This document shows positions 62,080-64,000 of a DNA stretch of 64,000 nucleotides, one piece after another. A program made the translations under genes and the position numbers. This stretch comes from Acanthaster planci. Taxonomy: Eukaryota. Within the stretch, counting starts at the first letter, position 1. Every line of letters starts with the position of its first letter. The notes beneath the pieces were generated by a model. The model had not been told where the DNA came from, did no database searches, and saw only the letters and a list, made by a program, of their open reading frames with translations. The DNA lies in NCBI RefSeq assembly GCF_001949145.1, contig NW_019091355.1, positions 4,289,374-4,353,373 of the forward strand, in the 5' to 3' direction.

Positions 62080-63040
62080 TTGGCCAAATCGCCTCCTTCG
62101 AACCAGCTCAGAAATAAGCAGCCATGTTGCCTCTGGGACAACTGGGACCATACCATTACGCTAGAGGGGTGGTGATATTATATGATAAAGAAACAATGCC
62201 TTATCCTTTAAAATTCTATATTTTTATTTTACTTAAGATTGAATAATTGTCCCTCTTTGTATTTTGACAATAACCATGTTAAATAAAATCTATGATGTTG
62301 TTTCTGCTATATTGATTTTTACTCTCTTATAACGGCTGTTCCATGTCAAGACATATCTAATACACAGACTGAGCAATAAGATACTACATGTACAAACGGG
62401 CCCTTTTTAAAACTCTGGCAGCAGTTTAGGTATCTTGACATGGAACAGCCGTCCAGACGATGAGGGGTCAAGTGATGTAATGCTCAACGACCTTATTTTA
62501 AAGATGGCGACTGACAGAGCGAGCCTGTTAGATTGAATGGATAAAGGCAAAAAGACTGGAAAATACCTGAATAAAGTGAGTGAAATCATTCAATAAATGC
62601 TTTTTAGAAAGCGGAAAGGTCAAGAATCATGTTCGTGTGCAAAAGAAATTGCGCCAACGTTGATAAGTGGGTGCGCCAGAATGTTCAATACGCCGACACG
62701 AAATTGCGTATACGGATGTGTGACTATGGATAGGGAGTGAGAGTCCGTGCCACACAAGTGGGGCTAGGCACGCTTAGTACTCAGTGGTAGTGGTAAGCAT
62801 TCGATCACACACCGTTTTCTTCAAATTCACCAAGAAACGCCTAGCCTGCGTTGTGTATTTCCTCACCTCTTTAAATTCTATTGAACTACAATCTGCATGT
62901 TTGAAGCACTAAAACCTGTGAAGTAACGTTCGGCTGCTTCAGAATTCAGTCATGCCGAAGTCCACATTCGCAGTCACACATGTCACACCGCACCGCAGCC
63001 ATCTCTTCAAATAACATGCAGCGCCACCAATCGGTACCCT
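62080..63040. promoter_or_regulatory. Possible promoter region upstream of COX18
   Basis: YY1-like AAGATGGCG at about 62501, AACATGGC on - at about 62121-62128, CCAAT at about 63027, CpG-richer than the flanks. No TSS can be fixed from sequence. Confidence 0.3.
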
Positions 63041-64000
63041 AAGCCCAACCTATTCAACAAACATACTACGGTGGCCGAATAGTGCCACAAGATAGTACGC
63101 AAACTGCTTCCCAACGGCCGCCAGTTATTCTAGGGCGGCCACAAAGTATTTCTCTAGCGACCACCACATAACTTTTACCACTTATAAAGCACTAATGCCT
63201 TGACTTCAATAGCCCACATTTTGATTGGCGACTACCAGAAATTTAATAGGCAATAAAATTAATTTTTCTTAGACTCACATTTTTGGATCTTTTACACTTT
63301 CTTCAACGTAAGGAAACTGTTTGAAACCCTTTTAGAGTTAAGAGTATTGAATCCAATTTTGCTCTTTTGAAAACATTTGTGACAAAAGGTTACTGGTTAC
63401 CTGCTGGCTTATTGCCAACATATGCAACAATAAATTGCCAAAGATATGGAAATTTTCGAAAAATATAAAATCCCAGCCTTTTTTTGTGCACAACTCAATG
63501 CAACATTAAGGTTTCGGTGGATGATTGGAATGACATTACAGTTTCGCTCATGAATATGCAAAGTCTCATAGCAAATAAAAAAAAATGAAAATGAGATATT
63601 TGAAACCTAAAATCGCGCTCTTAAGGTCTGCAGTAAAATAATCAATGGTCACTTTAAGCAGCCGTCCTATAATACATTTAAGTGGGGCATTGGCGGGCGC
63701 CAGATAATGAGTTTTCACTCGCCTATCAAATAAATCCCTTGCACTGTCCGGCCTCCGTAGGTTCTGGACAGAATTTCCTAGTTTACAGAACAGTTGAGTA
63801 GGCTACATACTTTTAGGCCTAGTGCGGAATTCCCCTGGCTGCGAACAGCATTGTTGAAAATTATGAAGCTGACTGAAAATACCAACTGAGAGGTACGGCA
63901 TTTCGTGTTGTGCATCGAGGACACTCTGGAGAAATCTTACCAACCATTCCTGACACAAAACTACTGGACATCACAATGGTGAGGATTCTGGCAAATGGTG

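Overview
This is intron-rich animal (invertebrate) genomic DNA, not prokaryotic. It has GT-AG spliced genes, assembly gaps, pervasive TACATGTA motifs and many MITE/SINE relics; a marine invertebrate such as an echinoderm is a guess. Two genes can be assembled by hand with consistent splice phases. (1) A + strand PSD/EFA6-family Arf6 GEF with PDZ (partial; 5' exons not found), long disordered region, Sec7, PH and coiled-coil, in 11 coding exons over 3396-39934 giving 927 aa visible. (2) A - strand COX18 (Oxa1/YidC family) in 5 coding exons over 57945-51552, about 333 aa. The most interesting signal is a set of cryptic, phase-compatible alternative exons that would make the EFA6 gene modular. 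These are a distal acidic last exon with a ULK1-identical LIR core (DDFVMVP) ending in TKL, an internal ATG-bearing first exon giving a Sec7-less PH-CC isoform, a 66-nt GC-donor cassette inside the PH domain, and a candidate early-stop exon after Sec7. All four are inferences needing RNA-seq. The rest is non-autonomous DNA transposons (several with perfect TSDs, nested insertions or filled/empty site pairs), minisatellites and a perfect 28-bp palindrome in the COX18 3' UTR.
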